NCBI GenBank assembly: GCA_905331295.1
Contig: CAJNYD010000062.1
Coordinates: forward strand, 248,001-312,000
Source of the DNA: Rotaria socialis
Taxonomy: Eukaryota
DNA: 64,000 nt
Direction of reading: 5' to 3'
Part shown: in pieces, positions 27,427 to 39,500 of the stretch
Layout of the letters: the number at the start of each line of letters is the position of its first letter
Position numbering within the stretch: the stretch's first letter is position 1
Notes under the pieces: generated by a model
Database searches by the model: none
What the model saw: the letters and a program-made list of their open reading frames with translations, nothing else
Told to the model about the DNA's origin: nothing
Program-made: the position numbers and the translations under genes

Positions 27427-27795
27427 ATGTCATCATCACAACATCGTTTTGAAATTCTATCATTAACTGTACAAAATAGTCTCACATTAAATTCAAAAGA
27501 TTCTCAATTGCATGGTGATAAACAAATCATAGCACAAATTCTACCAACAGCTTCTGAACGAGCTTATATAGAAAATAATTGTTATGATTCACGTCTCGAT
27601 CTTGGCTCAATAGCATACACAGATGTTTTACAACGTTTATTAAGATTAGGATTTCAGATTGAAATATCGACATCAGGATCTTATTCCCAACTAAAACCAG
27701 AAAAATCTATTAGTAAAGATGATCGACAACAATATTTATCTCAAGATACATGTGTTCTTCAGTATACTCTCATCCGAAAGAATTTTGTAGAATAG
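27427..27795 (+). CDS. Small (122 aa) paralog, isolated KCTD-CTD/GFRP-like domain, copy B
   Basis: MSSSQHRFEILSLTV...QLHGDKQIIAQILP...AYTDVLQRLLRLGFQIEISTSG...LQYTLIRK aligns block-for-block with copy A. The ATG follows directly after a polypyrimidine-CAG acceptor. Confidence 0.7.
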   Translation: MSSSQHRFEILSLTVQNSLTLNSKDSQLHGDKQIIAQILPTASERAYIENNCYDSRLDLGSIAYTDVLQRLLRLGFQIEISTSGSYSQLKPEKSISKDDRQQYLSQDTCVLQYTLIRKNFVE

Positions 27796-28669
27796 CAGAA
27801 ATATTTCAGATCTATATGAATTTCATTCATTTGTTTAGTATTAGCATGTCGTATGTTTTCATCGTTTTAACTATTGTATTATGTTGGTAAGTTCAATTTA
27901 TCTGAACAAAAGAAACAATAAATGTACTTTTTTTTATAGTAGTATAAGTCAAAAAAATGTGCTTCTGCTTTAGATTATATAAACTTTAAGAATTGCCATA
28001 CAGAAAGCATGTATTTTCGATCTATAAAAAAATCAGCTGTTGTTAACTATGCAAATTTTTGACGGGTAAGAATGTATTTTATTGCATAGTAATATGCGCA
28101 TTTCTATGTTTATCGAATAAGTAAAGTCTAAAATAGGACTATGGGCAACTTGTACTTCCATAGCGATGCCGCTTTTCTTCTTTTTCTCTCCTTATAATTC
28201 TGTCGTTGTTCGAAAGGATAGAAACACGAACACATGCGAAACGTTTGATTAACATGAACAAGAACGCGAGTGAATATTTGAGTGAGAGAGGAATAAAAAC
28301 TCTTCAACATTCTTTTACTTTTTTTGCAAACAAAGTATCGCATCGCGTTGGTTTACATCGTTTTAAAGGTACCTTTGGCAAATTGAAAAAATTCAAATTT
28401 TGAATAGATCATTTGTTTTGAAAAAAATAGAATAGTTCATGTTTTTCACCTTGGAACCACATTCGTTTTTGTACACAGAAAAAAAAACTCCATCATCATC
28501 ATAAAATAATTGATGTATTTACATGCCAAACAATTCGTTTTTTTATGATGATAAAAACGCATACACTCATAATTTTTATCTCATAGTGACTCTTTAAAAT
28601 ATACAAGAACAACAGCATGTAACTCGATGATCACTAGAACGTAATATTTATCAAGATAACAAATAAACA

Positions 28670-31600
28670 ATGGATCATTCCGAACTTATTCAAGAAATGG
28701 TACTGTTAGAGAAAATGACAGCTCAAGAAAGACTTAAACATGCTCGACGGCGTCGGCAGCAACAACTTAAAAATTGGACACAACGAGAAGGTACATCCAG
28801 TAATAGTACAAACGTATCAGCTGGTATGACTAATGGTACCATAACAACAACATCAAAATCACTTAAATCAACTCCTAAAACAAAGAAATCATCTGTTAAA
28901 TTTCCTGAAAGCGTTATTTTATTAGAAGGTAATTGTATAAATTGTACTGATCTATATTTTATTCAAGTATTTCTATGGTTATCTAATGTAACCACATGAC
29001 GACAGGAATTTTATTCAATAGAAGTTAATCAAAAGTATTTTCTTTTCTATAGCTACAGCACGTCAAGATACCGATGAAGTTTGCCAACTTCTTCTGTCTG
29101 GAAACTATAATCCAAATACAGCTAATGACGATGGTCTTACACCGATTCATCAATGTTCAATTGATAATAGTGAGAAATTATTAAAATTATTAATTGAATA
29201 TGGTGGGGATGTCAATGCAAAAGATCGTGATCTATGGACTCCTTTACATGCTGCAGGTATAATTTTACTTATTAGTATATCGATAGGCTAACTTTTTGCG
29301 AAGCCAACACATCGAATCAATTTAATGTTTCTTTGTTTAAAACAACGGATGTTATGTATATATTAATTCCATAAGTTTATATTTCGTGTTTTTGAGATAT
29401 GAAAGCTATTTTGTATGATCAATCGGAAATTGGTCGTATTTGATCATATATTGTGCAATGGAAATGTTATAAAATATAGACAAAAGAAAAATAAGATATT
29501 TATATTTTAGAACTCTATGCAAAAGGATAATGTATATAGATTCTTTTTTAAACTTTTATTTTAGAATTTGAACACAACTGTAGTATCATACTCCCTATTT
29601 CATTAACTTTCATTACTGTAAAAACTAACATGTAATATTTTAAGAGTGAACATTGCCAAACGATTAGATTCTTTTACATCTTGTTTAGATATCGTTTGAA
29701 CTAGTTTTCAATAGTGAACTGACTGTATTTCAGTTTTCTTCTTAGATTGAATATGCAAGAGAAATATTGATTGAAGTTATTAAACTCATATACGTACGAT
29801 AGTGATATTTTACCTGTCTGATAAAATTGAGTAAGAATAAACAAGAAAAAGACTATCTTACCACTAGGAATACAATGATGTGGGCTTACAAGTATTCATT
29901 TCGATAGGACATGTCATTTCAAGAATTCAGCTAATTTTAATAATACTAAATTCAATATTTTTGAAACCAAAGAGTGAATATCTATAGAAGACTTGTTTAA
30001 ATTTTCTCATTTGATAAAAACTTAGATCTTCCAACTTAGCAGCAGTTTTTGGGAAACTTAATTGATTTCTTGAAACAATCTTCTTCTAGATCCAAAAATG
30101 TCGATATGAATATGAGGTCACTATAGATTGATCAAACATTCACTCTTACTCTGTACATACGCGTATGTATGCCTACATCTATGCACCAATGGTCACTGTT
30201 TTATCTCCTATTAGAGAATATTTAAAAATTACATCAAAATTCTATGTCGATCTTGAGTTTCTGATTGACTACTAATGAAACTTAAATTGTTAATATATCA
30301 ACCAGATGTAGATGAATAAAAATAGAAATATAAGTTAATTAATAAATTTCTTCTTTATCTTTTTCATTTATCTTAAGCTACATGTGGTCATTTACAAATA
30401 TGTCGAATGTTAATTGAAAATGGTGCTGAACTATTAGGTTTAAATGCTGATGGTAATATGCCGTATGATATATGTGACGATGAAATAACTCTTGATTACA
30501 TTGAAACACAAATGGATCGAATTGGTATTACACAAGATATGATTGATAAAACACGAGGACAAGTTGAACATCAAATGTTAATAGATTTACAAAATCTAGT
30601 CAAAACAAAATCACAAGGATCATTACGTTCTATTGATGATATACTTTCATATCGAAATACGGAAGGTGCAACACCATTACATATCGCTAGTGCAAATGGA
30701 TATCAAACTGTTGTAGAATACTTATTAAAACAAAATGTATCATTTAATCTGCAAGATAATGATGGTTGGACACCGATGCATGCAGCAGCATTTTGGTGTC
30801 AACAAGCCATTCTCAGTAAATAATAGATAAATAAATAATTAAAGGCAAACGAAAAACTTTTAAAAAATCATTTTCTCTTGATTTTCAGCTCAATTAATCG
30901 AAACTGGAGCAGATATTTATGAAAAAATCCCAGATGGTCGTTCAGCACTCGATTTATGTGATGATCCTGATTTACGTTCTGTTATGGTCGATATTCGAAA
31001 ACAAAACATACGAAATCAAGAAAAAGCCGCAGCCGTTGCAGCGGCAGCTGCTGCTGCCCAACTACAACAAAAAACAAATCATCGTCATACTAACATTACA
31101 AATACTTTACCGAATGGAACAACATCCCGAACAGGTAACTTATACGAATCACGATCAAGTGTTTCATCACCTTACGGAAGTGGATCATCATTAAATCGAA
31201 CAAGTTCTATCCGTCGAGCATCAATACGTGATCGTGAAAAAGTTAAAAAATTGAATGAAAATTTCCTTGATGTGTTACAAGCAAAAGATAAAATTCAAGA
31301 AGATGCTGATGAAGCAACAGTGAATGTTACAACTAGTAATCGCATATTACCAATAATACCGTCAGCAACAGTAACAACAGCAGCAATACCATCAACCACA
31401 AAATTAGTACCGAAAGAAGAACGAGCAAGCAGTGTGGCAACAGCAAGTGAATCAACTATACGCGAACCAGTAACGACAACTGCAACAATAACTACTGCAA
31501 CGTCATCATCATCATCAGTAATAGTAAAAAAAGCAACCATACCAGTCATAGAAATATCTTTACCGCCACTGAAACTTTCACCTCCTTTACCACCCGTACC

Positions 31601-31907
31601 CACGCAAACAACTGCTGATACATTAAGTGATGTGAAACGGCGGCGTGAAGAACGACGCCGTTGTATTGGTAGATCATCATCAACTGTTCCTCCTGCTGTG
31701 AATTCTACGCCACCAGAATTACCAGTAATTGATACAAATTATAAAAATAATAATAACAACAATACTAATAAGATACCAAATGGTATTCATGAGTCAAATA
31801 AAGATGATCCATTGCAAAGATATACTTCAACTAAAAATATCGAAATTCATGATCACCATAAAATCGATGTTGATCGTGAAAAACGAATTTGTTGTACTAT
31901 TTTATGA
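28670..31907 (+). CDS. PPP1R16A: Protein phosphatase 1 regulatory subunit 16 (MYPT3/TIMAP, MYPT-75D)-like, 4 exons
   Basis: N-terminal ERLKHARRRRQQQLKNW, RVxF-like KKSSVKF, ankyrin repeats (DGLTPIHQ, DLWTPLHAAATCGH, GATPLHIASANGY, DGWTPMHAAAFW) and C-terminal CaaX ICCTIL*. The 16A versus 16B assignment is not resolved. Confidence 0.85.
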
Positions 31908-32523
31908 TTTATTTTCAGATCAACAACAATATAAATCCGTCCATAACAATCTTCCTATTTATTACATTGTACAACTAGAGAAAAAGAAATCTATATCTGT
32001 GTTGAAAGCAAAAATGAAATCTATTTTCTCTCTTGATTTCCGTGTCATTTTGCAATAATGGTGCTCTTTCTGAAAAACGATCTGAAAACATTAGGTTTTT
32101 TTGTATAAAATATATACACATATTATCGTTTGTTTTGTTTTTTGTTTTGTTTTTCACATAACATTACTTTTTCGAAAGAATGATAAATCGGGTCTTCCAT
32201 ATACATGTTGTTGTTTTTTTTTGTTAAATTTGCTTTTAGCTGAGCTACGAGTATGTCTCTGCTTTTTTCCGTTTATTAATAACATTCCTATTTTTTTGCT
32301 TTTTCTCTTATGGAGAATATATATATAATATCACTCTTCGATGACCTATTTTTCAAGGGTTCTGCCCCGACGACTAACACACAAGTTGATATACGGAGAA
32401 AAAAGAGAGAAAACAATTATTACGATTTCTTTTTTACATATAAAAATATTGCAGGAAAAACATGCCGTTATTGAATTTTCATTCATCTTCTTTCGTTTGT
32501 CATATGATCAAGAAGAAATAATA

Positions 32524-34644
32524 TTATTTTGAGTGCAATATAGCTTTGAATTCTTCATACGATACTTTCCCATCGTTGTCAAAACAATCGGCTTCTTCAA
32601 TCATTTCTATCACATCTTCCTATAGTCGCCATAAAAACAAAAAATAAAGATTGATCAAATTATGTAAACAGGATTGTTTATTGGCTACTTACGTCTGTTA
32701 TATGTTCTCCGAGCTTTACAAGCAAATCATATAGTTCATCTTTGTCAATAAAACCATCCGTTTTTTTATCAAAAATCTTTTAAAATAAAATAAAATGAAG
32801 AATTCAATCATTAGATCAATCTCAACTATTTACATCGAAAATTTGCCGTAATTCGATATCGCTTTCTCCTTTTGATCCACCTTGGCGCATTATTGTGAGA
32901 AATTCATTAAAATCAACAGTTCCATCACCTAATAAATTAACATATGTTCATATGATTTCATCAATGACTTTTCTGCCATGAACTTTACCATCAACATCTA
33001 TTTTTGATATCACAGATGAAATATCTTCAAGGCTTGTTGAATAGCCAAGTGAGCTCATTAATGAACGAATTTCATAATTAGATATGTTTCCATCTCCATC
33101 TTTGTCGAGCAAAGAAAATGATTCCTCATATACTAGAGCAAGAAAATAAAAAAGAGGAAATGAAAATTTTTAACAACTATTGAAGATTCCGACCAACAAT
33201 TTGTTCTTCAGAAACTCCATGTACTTCACTAAGTTGTCGTCGAGTTTTGCCTGTTGTTGTCTAGAACAAAAATATAACAATATACAACTATTTTTTTAAA
33301 TAATCCGTTTTGTTTTCGTTTAAAATAGCTCGAAAATCTACGAAAAATAACATAAACATTGTTATGCTAAAATTGTATGTTTCTCTGCTATATATATATA
33401 TATATATGAATATCAGATATGATCTGTTCGCAATGACAAATTATCGGAAATGTTATCAAGATACAGAAAACATTTGAAGTCATAGTAGAAGACTTTGTTG
33501 TTGCCGAGATATACTTAGTTTAATACGTTGATATTATGCCCGTAGGGCAGAAGTATAGATCAAAATAGCAATGTTAAGATCATAGTCTATCAATGACTGT
33601 AAGGACAGAATGCAATATCTTTGTTTTTGAGTCTGCATGACTTGTATAGTTTGTAGCAACATGATGACAACACAATAGAAAAATAATGTCGATGAAATGA
33701 TAGTACTATTTCTACCCTTTTCTCGTTATATATCTGTTACTTAACCATTATAATAAAGAATTTACGATGATCCAATGACACTAAAATTAGTTTTTCATGT
33801 CAAATAAAACTATAATTTTTTCATATATGTCCAACTTGAAACTTGAATTCAATTGAAAATTGAAATTTTCAATTTTCATCTTTTAAACCAATAACATTCT
33901 GAAGAATAGTGACTCATACATATATCGCCATAAGTTGAAAGTTGAAAGTTGAAATTTTCTATTTTCAACTGAATTCAAGTTTCAAGTTTGGCACTACTAA
34001 ATTTTTTGTTGTTCTTGTTGTTGTCTTTTATATGAGCTATTTAAAAAAACTTCGATAATACAATATTTTATGTATTGATGATATGGGAAAAGAGTTGATT
34101 GTATATTTTCAAATTTTCATGAAGAATATGAAAATAGAATAAGTTAAAGTCTTGATACACAATACTATAAAGACGATAACAGCCCTTCGTTGACCTCATT
34201 TGTCATCTATATCATTTATTTCATTCTTACCCAATTTTTTTCTTTGTAGTATATCATGATGAAAGAATAATTTCTAGCAATGCGATCGCTGAAAGATATT
34301 TTTGGATTATCTTAGAAAAATAAACTTACAATCATCCAATCATCCAGAACTTGAAGGTCTGGTGCTAATTGATAGGGATCTTGTATAATTGGCCGATGCC
34401 GTTGACATTCAAGTGTCAACGACTGGGAATGTGCTAGATGCCGATGTTCTGATATTTGCGATGCGCATGACATTTTTACTGTTCGTTCATGAGTTTGATG
34501 ATCGTGTTGCGAACATAATGATAATGAAGAGTTCGATGAACTTAATGTAAATGTAACTGTGCGTGATGTTCGAACTTCAAGAAGATCATCATCAACGGCA
34601 AGGTCAAGTGCTTCCATTGTAATATTTAAATTAAGTACAAGCAT
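32524..34644 (-). CDS. Calmodulin-like four-EF-hand protein with N-terminal extension, 6 exons
   Basis: EF loops DKDGDGNISNYE, DVDGDGTVDFNE, DKKTDGFIDKDE and DCFDNDGKVSYEE; ends FKAILHSK*. The upstream exon (Met at 34644 or 34617, ending ...DDWMI|gtaagt) joins in phase 0. Confidence 0.8.
33831..33991. mobile_element. Degenerate MITE-like foldback element in the calmodulin-like intron
   Basis: Inverted repeat of about 43 bp: CCAACTTGAAACTTGAATTCAATTGAAAATTGAAATTTTCAA ... TTGAAATTTTCTATTTTCAACTGAATTCAAGTTTCAAGTTTGG. Internal AAGTTGA subrepeats. Target-site duplication unclear. Confidence 0.6.
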
Positions 34645-36594
34645 ATCGAATAATAAAATTTATGACAATAAGAAATGCTCATTGACAATCTTATCTAAGT
34701 AGTTTGCTGACTAAAACATCAACCATCGAGGTTTTGTATTACCAAGTCGTCAACACAGAAACAAAGTATCGTCAATCGGGCTATCGACAATAATGACGAG
34801 TAATTAACCGTCGATTTTGTTCTTGTTGATTTATATCCATTGTATAGCTCGATCTGCAGATATACTAACGAAATGAAGAATCGTAGTGGGAGTCATACAA
34901 TAAAAAGGAAAAAATAAGTATAATGCTTGTTCTCTCTTTGCTTTTGTCAAGTATTTGTATGCAAATCATATTTGCTATTGGTGCTTGAGATGTTTGCTTT
35001 TTCTGCGCCAGCTTGCCCCTTGTTTCTCTCTTAGATTTTGTCTTAAGGTTTCGTAATATGGAATAATACATACAAAAAACAATAGTGTCGTTATGTGTGA
35101 CTGCTTTTCCATACAATTATATTGGATCCAAAACACGAATAAATAACACAAACAAAAAAGAAATAGAACAGAAAAGATTCTTAAGAAGAAGGAAACATTC
35201 TATGCACTAATTGACGATGCTAATAGTATAAACAAATTTTTAGCATCAAATGAAATTCTATCGTAAAAAGAATATATTGAACAATATTATTAACTATTTT
35301 ATACTTCTGTAGTTACCTCAGTTTAGTGTTAGAATAGCTAATAAGTAATGCTAATTCTATGTTGACAAATTATTTGTATGTCACAGTCATATTCTTTCAT
35401 ATTACATAAATACATATGTCATTTGAATCTTTTGTTTTCGAAAATTATCTCATCAATATGATTTTTGAAAAGCAGGTTAATCAAGTACAATTACACTTTC
35501 CTATTATCATTTTTTCATTTTTTTACAAACGAATCAAAACAATACTGCCAAATCCATATATAGATTGAACAGAAAAAATGATTCTCTAATGTAAATGTTT
35601 TCTTGAGTCGTATACATATTCTCAAGTCATTTTCTCAAAGATTTTTATGAATAAAGAACAACTTGAAAAACAAATCATGTTTAATTATCTTTACTCTGTA
35701 GAAAACAGATCAGTTCAATTAAAAAATATTTGTTAGAACACAACATGCACATTTTATGCATGAAAAGTGAAAAGCAATGCCCATTCTTTAGTAGTTTTTG
35801 TTGTTGCATTGAGTTAATTGTGAATTGTATTAAAGTCTGATTAAAGTGAACTATTTTGACCGCTAAAAATGTCTTTGAACGACAGCATTTTCTGAGTCTT
35901 TTTTTTGTACATACGTGATGAAAATTTTGAATACTTCATGAGATTTTTCTCAGCAAGCTTGGCGTATGATTGAATTTTTCTATTTCCTTGGATAGATGTA
36001 TTCTTTTTTTGCTTTTAAATAATTTTATCTTTATATTTGGATGTCGTACAATATAATCGATGCTATAGACTGTTATCGTGTTATACATGTTTTTTTGATA
36101 GCCTTATTAGAATAATAAAAAAACTGGAATAATTATCAAAGGAAAGTAGATTCGCGATTGTAAAAATATAGTAATTCCAAAGTTCTTATCAACATTATTT
36201 GTAGCTAATGTCAATGAACGTTATACTCATTAAATGGTAGTAACAGGTCATTTTGCTTTAATAAAGCAGAACTAAGAAAAAACATGCTTTTCTCATGGTT
36301 TTTCAATAGCTTGTAGTACTACATTGCTTCGAATATCACAATGTTCTTGATCGAAAAAAATGATCATTCAAGGATATTGACATTGATTTTCTGATCCTTT
36401 GCTACTCTGCGACATCTGTAAATCATATTTTCTGAGAAGAAGAAAACTTGATGCATAATTTCTAGTCGTGGATTTCTAAACCATTCTTCATTCAGACAAA
36501 CTTATCTTTCTTTTTTTTCTTTTCTTTTCTTTTTGACAGAAGAGGGGGGAAAAGTTTTCTTATTTCCATCTTTTTTTCATTCGGTTCTACTATC

Positions 36595-39500
36595 ATGAGC
36601 TTCCTTTGGTATTTATTCATTTTTTTCCTTAAATTGGCTTTGATTAAACTTCAAACAGCCGATGCAAATCATACTAGTAGTATAAATGAAACGACCTTCT
36701 TAATTGACTTTGATCATCCACAAATAACTATATTAGGCGCATTAACCAATTATGAACACATTAAAATTCTTAATGACAATACAAATCAAATGTATCGAAC
36801 TGCGTTTAATCAAGAGATTTATCTATCATCTCAATCTTTTATTCTTGATTCAAATCCATTATTAATTGCAATGAAATTATGTGAAATAGGAAACGTATCG
36901 AATGCTAAAGCTATTATTGCTGGTCGAGGTTTAGATGAAAATGATTTAACGTTAACTGCTATTTCATATGTATCAGATTTTTATCATATACCTGTATTAA
37001 CAATAGCATCGAGAGAAAATCTTTTTTCGGATAAAGTATAAAGAAATTAATAAACGAGAACAAATGATATAACAAAAATAAATTTTATATTTTTAGGCAT
37101 TTTATAATTTTATTGTACGACTTGTACCACCATATTTGTATGAAGCTGATGCGTGGTTTAGCATTATTCGTAAATTAAAATATACAAAAGTAGTATTAAT
37201 TTACAGTCAAGATGAAGAAGGTCGAATGGTTGGATCAAGATTTCAAATGTTAACTGAGGATTCAGAGATTCATGTGAGATTTCTATCATCAAATACATAT
37301 TTTTTGTTTATTAATTATTTCATTAGATTGAACGAATGGAAGAATATGAATCGAATGCAAATTTTACATCATTAATATCGAATTTAACATACGAAGATCG
37401 TTTATTAGCACGAGTTTTTATTATTCATACAAGGTTTGTTCTATTGATTTTTATTAATTTTGATTTTAAAAATTCTTTTATTAATAGAATTGAAGATACT
37501 GATGAATTACTATCAGTCATAGTACGTTTACAACATTTGGAAAATTTTGTTTGGATTATAAATGAACGTGCAATAATATCAAATAGTACAGCACTGTTCG
37601 ATGGTCTCATTGGTGTTAGATTACATAGTTCATTTAACGAGGAAAATCTTCTTATTGATGCAACAAAACTTCTTGCGAACGCATTTAATAAATTTACTGA
37701 TTATTCGTCAGCATTCTGGACTTCAAAAACGACAGCTATCAATTGTTTATCAACAGATGCTTGGACATATGGAATAGACTTTTATAGGTATATGAAGACA
37801 GTTTTTTGTTTTCTGTTATAAAAAAAAAACTTTTTTTCTCTCAGAGAATTACTAAATACGAGTGTTGTAAACGGTATTACAGGAAATATTGAATTCAATG
37901 AAGAAGGCGATCGTATTGAATCATTATATGATATAGTTAATGTTCAAGATGGACAATTAAAAACTGTTGGGCATTATCGAACGAATACAGTGAGTTATAG
38001 ATTATAAGAATAAATATTTTTGACTTGTGCACATGAAAAATAAAAAATATTTTGAGTAGACAAATGAAAGATTTATGAAGACTAAGTTTTCTTTTTCGTG
38101 AAGAAAACATTTTCTGTTAATTCATCGTTTATTGATTGGCCACATTTTGAGAGAAAATTTGAAGCAGAATAGAATTGGATATCGAAAGATGCTTGTTGAT
38201 CAGAAATCTGAAATTTAATCGTACAAATCTGAAATTAAAAGCGTCAATGAAGAAAAAGAAAATATCAGAAGAACGGCGTGTCAATTGAGGATCTCAATTT
38301 ATTCGAAAAGAAATACTTAAATTAAGTTTCGATTTATGGCAATTATTTGTGTAACTAACAAGGAAATCATATTGAGGTAAGTTTGAATTAGTATCGATGA
38401 TCGATTGTTTGTATTTTGTAAAAGAGTTGAGATTACACAATATAATATTATCATTCCTTTCAAAGCCAACGTAAGTTGTAAAATACAACAGTTTTCTTAT
38501 TCATATAGAAACTTAGATTATCGTAGCGCTCTCAATCGATAGGTCTCTTTGATGATTATCTTTTACATAATATTTATTTTGTTGTTTTAGAGTACATGTT
38601 ACACAAGTGCAATGTGCCGACAAATTGTGAGCTATTGTGCCTAATATTAATAATCAACATGAAAAATCATGATCACTTCCCTCCCATTTGTTGTGTGCAT
38701 ATTTGTTAGCCTTTTTCTTTCAATGTAAAACAAGTCATTTATGATAATTTATTTGTATTTCCATAGATCGATAAGACAGAATTAAAACTTGATGAAGATC
38801 AAATTATTTGGCCTAATCGAAGTCATCGTAAGCCTGATGGCATGCGAACAAGACGAAATGTTTCGGTTCGAATAATTTATACCGTTTCAAAGTCGATATT
38901 AGTATAATTTACTTTAGGTTGTTACTATTGCTGAAAAACCATTTATTTTTACTCGTTCAGGCAATAACTGCAATCTTGCCACAGAAGTCGTATGTCCACG
39001 AAAAAGATTAAATGGTGTGAGATACTTTCTTTTATCTTTACTTTTAATTAAAGCTTTTCTTTGAAATCTCTATTTAGATTCAACTAAAGAGGAATATGAA
39101 TATTTTTGTTGTCGTGGTTATTGCATTGATTTATTACAAGAATTATCAAAAAATTTGAGTTTTGTTTACACATTGCATCTTGTTGCCGATAACAAATATG
39201 GATCATATGAAAAAGTAAATAATAATAATAATACTATATAGTTAAAAGAAGATATCCTGAAATCATTCTTGTTTCTATTTTGTTCATGTTGATTCTTATC
39301 ATGTAACTTCTTCATCTAAATTCTATTGTATTTTATTATCTATAGTTTATAACTATTGTTTTATCTATTCGACAAATTATGGTTTTACATCGTGCATATC
39401 AAAAATAGGAAAATTATGATACAAACTGAATAGGCTTATTAGTCTTATTAAAATTTTAACTATTAGTTCTTCATTGAAAAGACATCTTAATTTTCAGTCT

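Noticed and set aside
31295..31603. Antisense ORFs over PPP1R16, and similar ones at 9607-9937, 51749-51946, 53970-54308 and 59454-59741
   Set aside because: Shadow frames of real low-complexity coding sequence.
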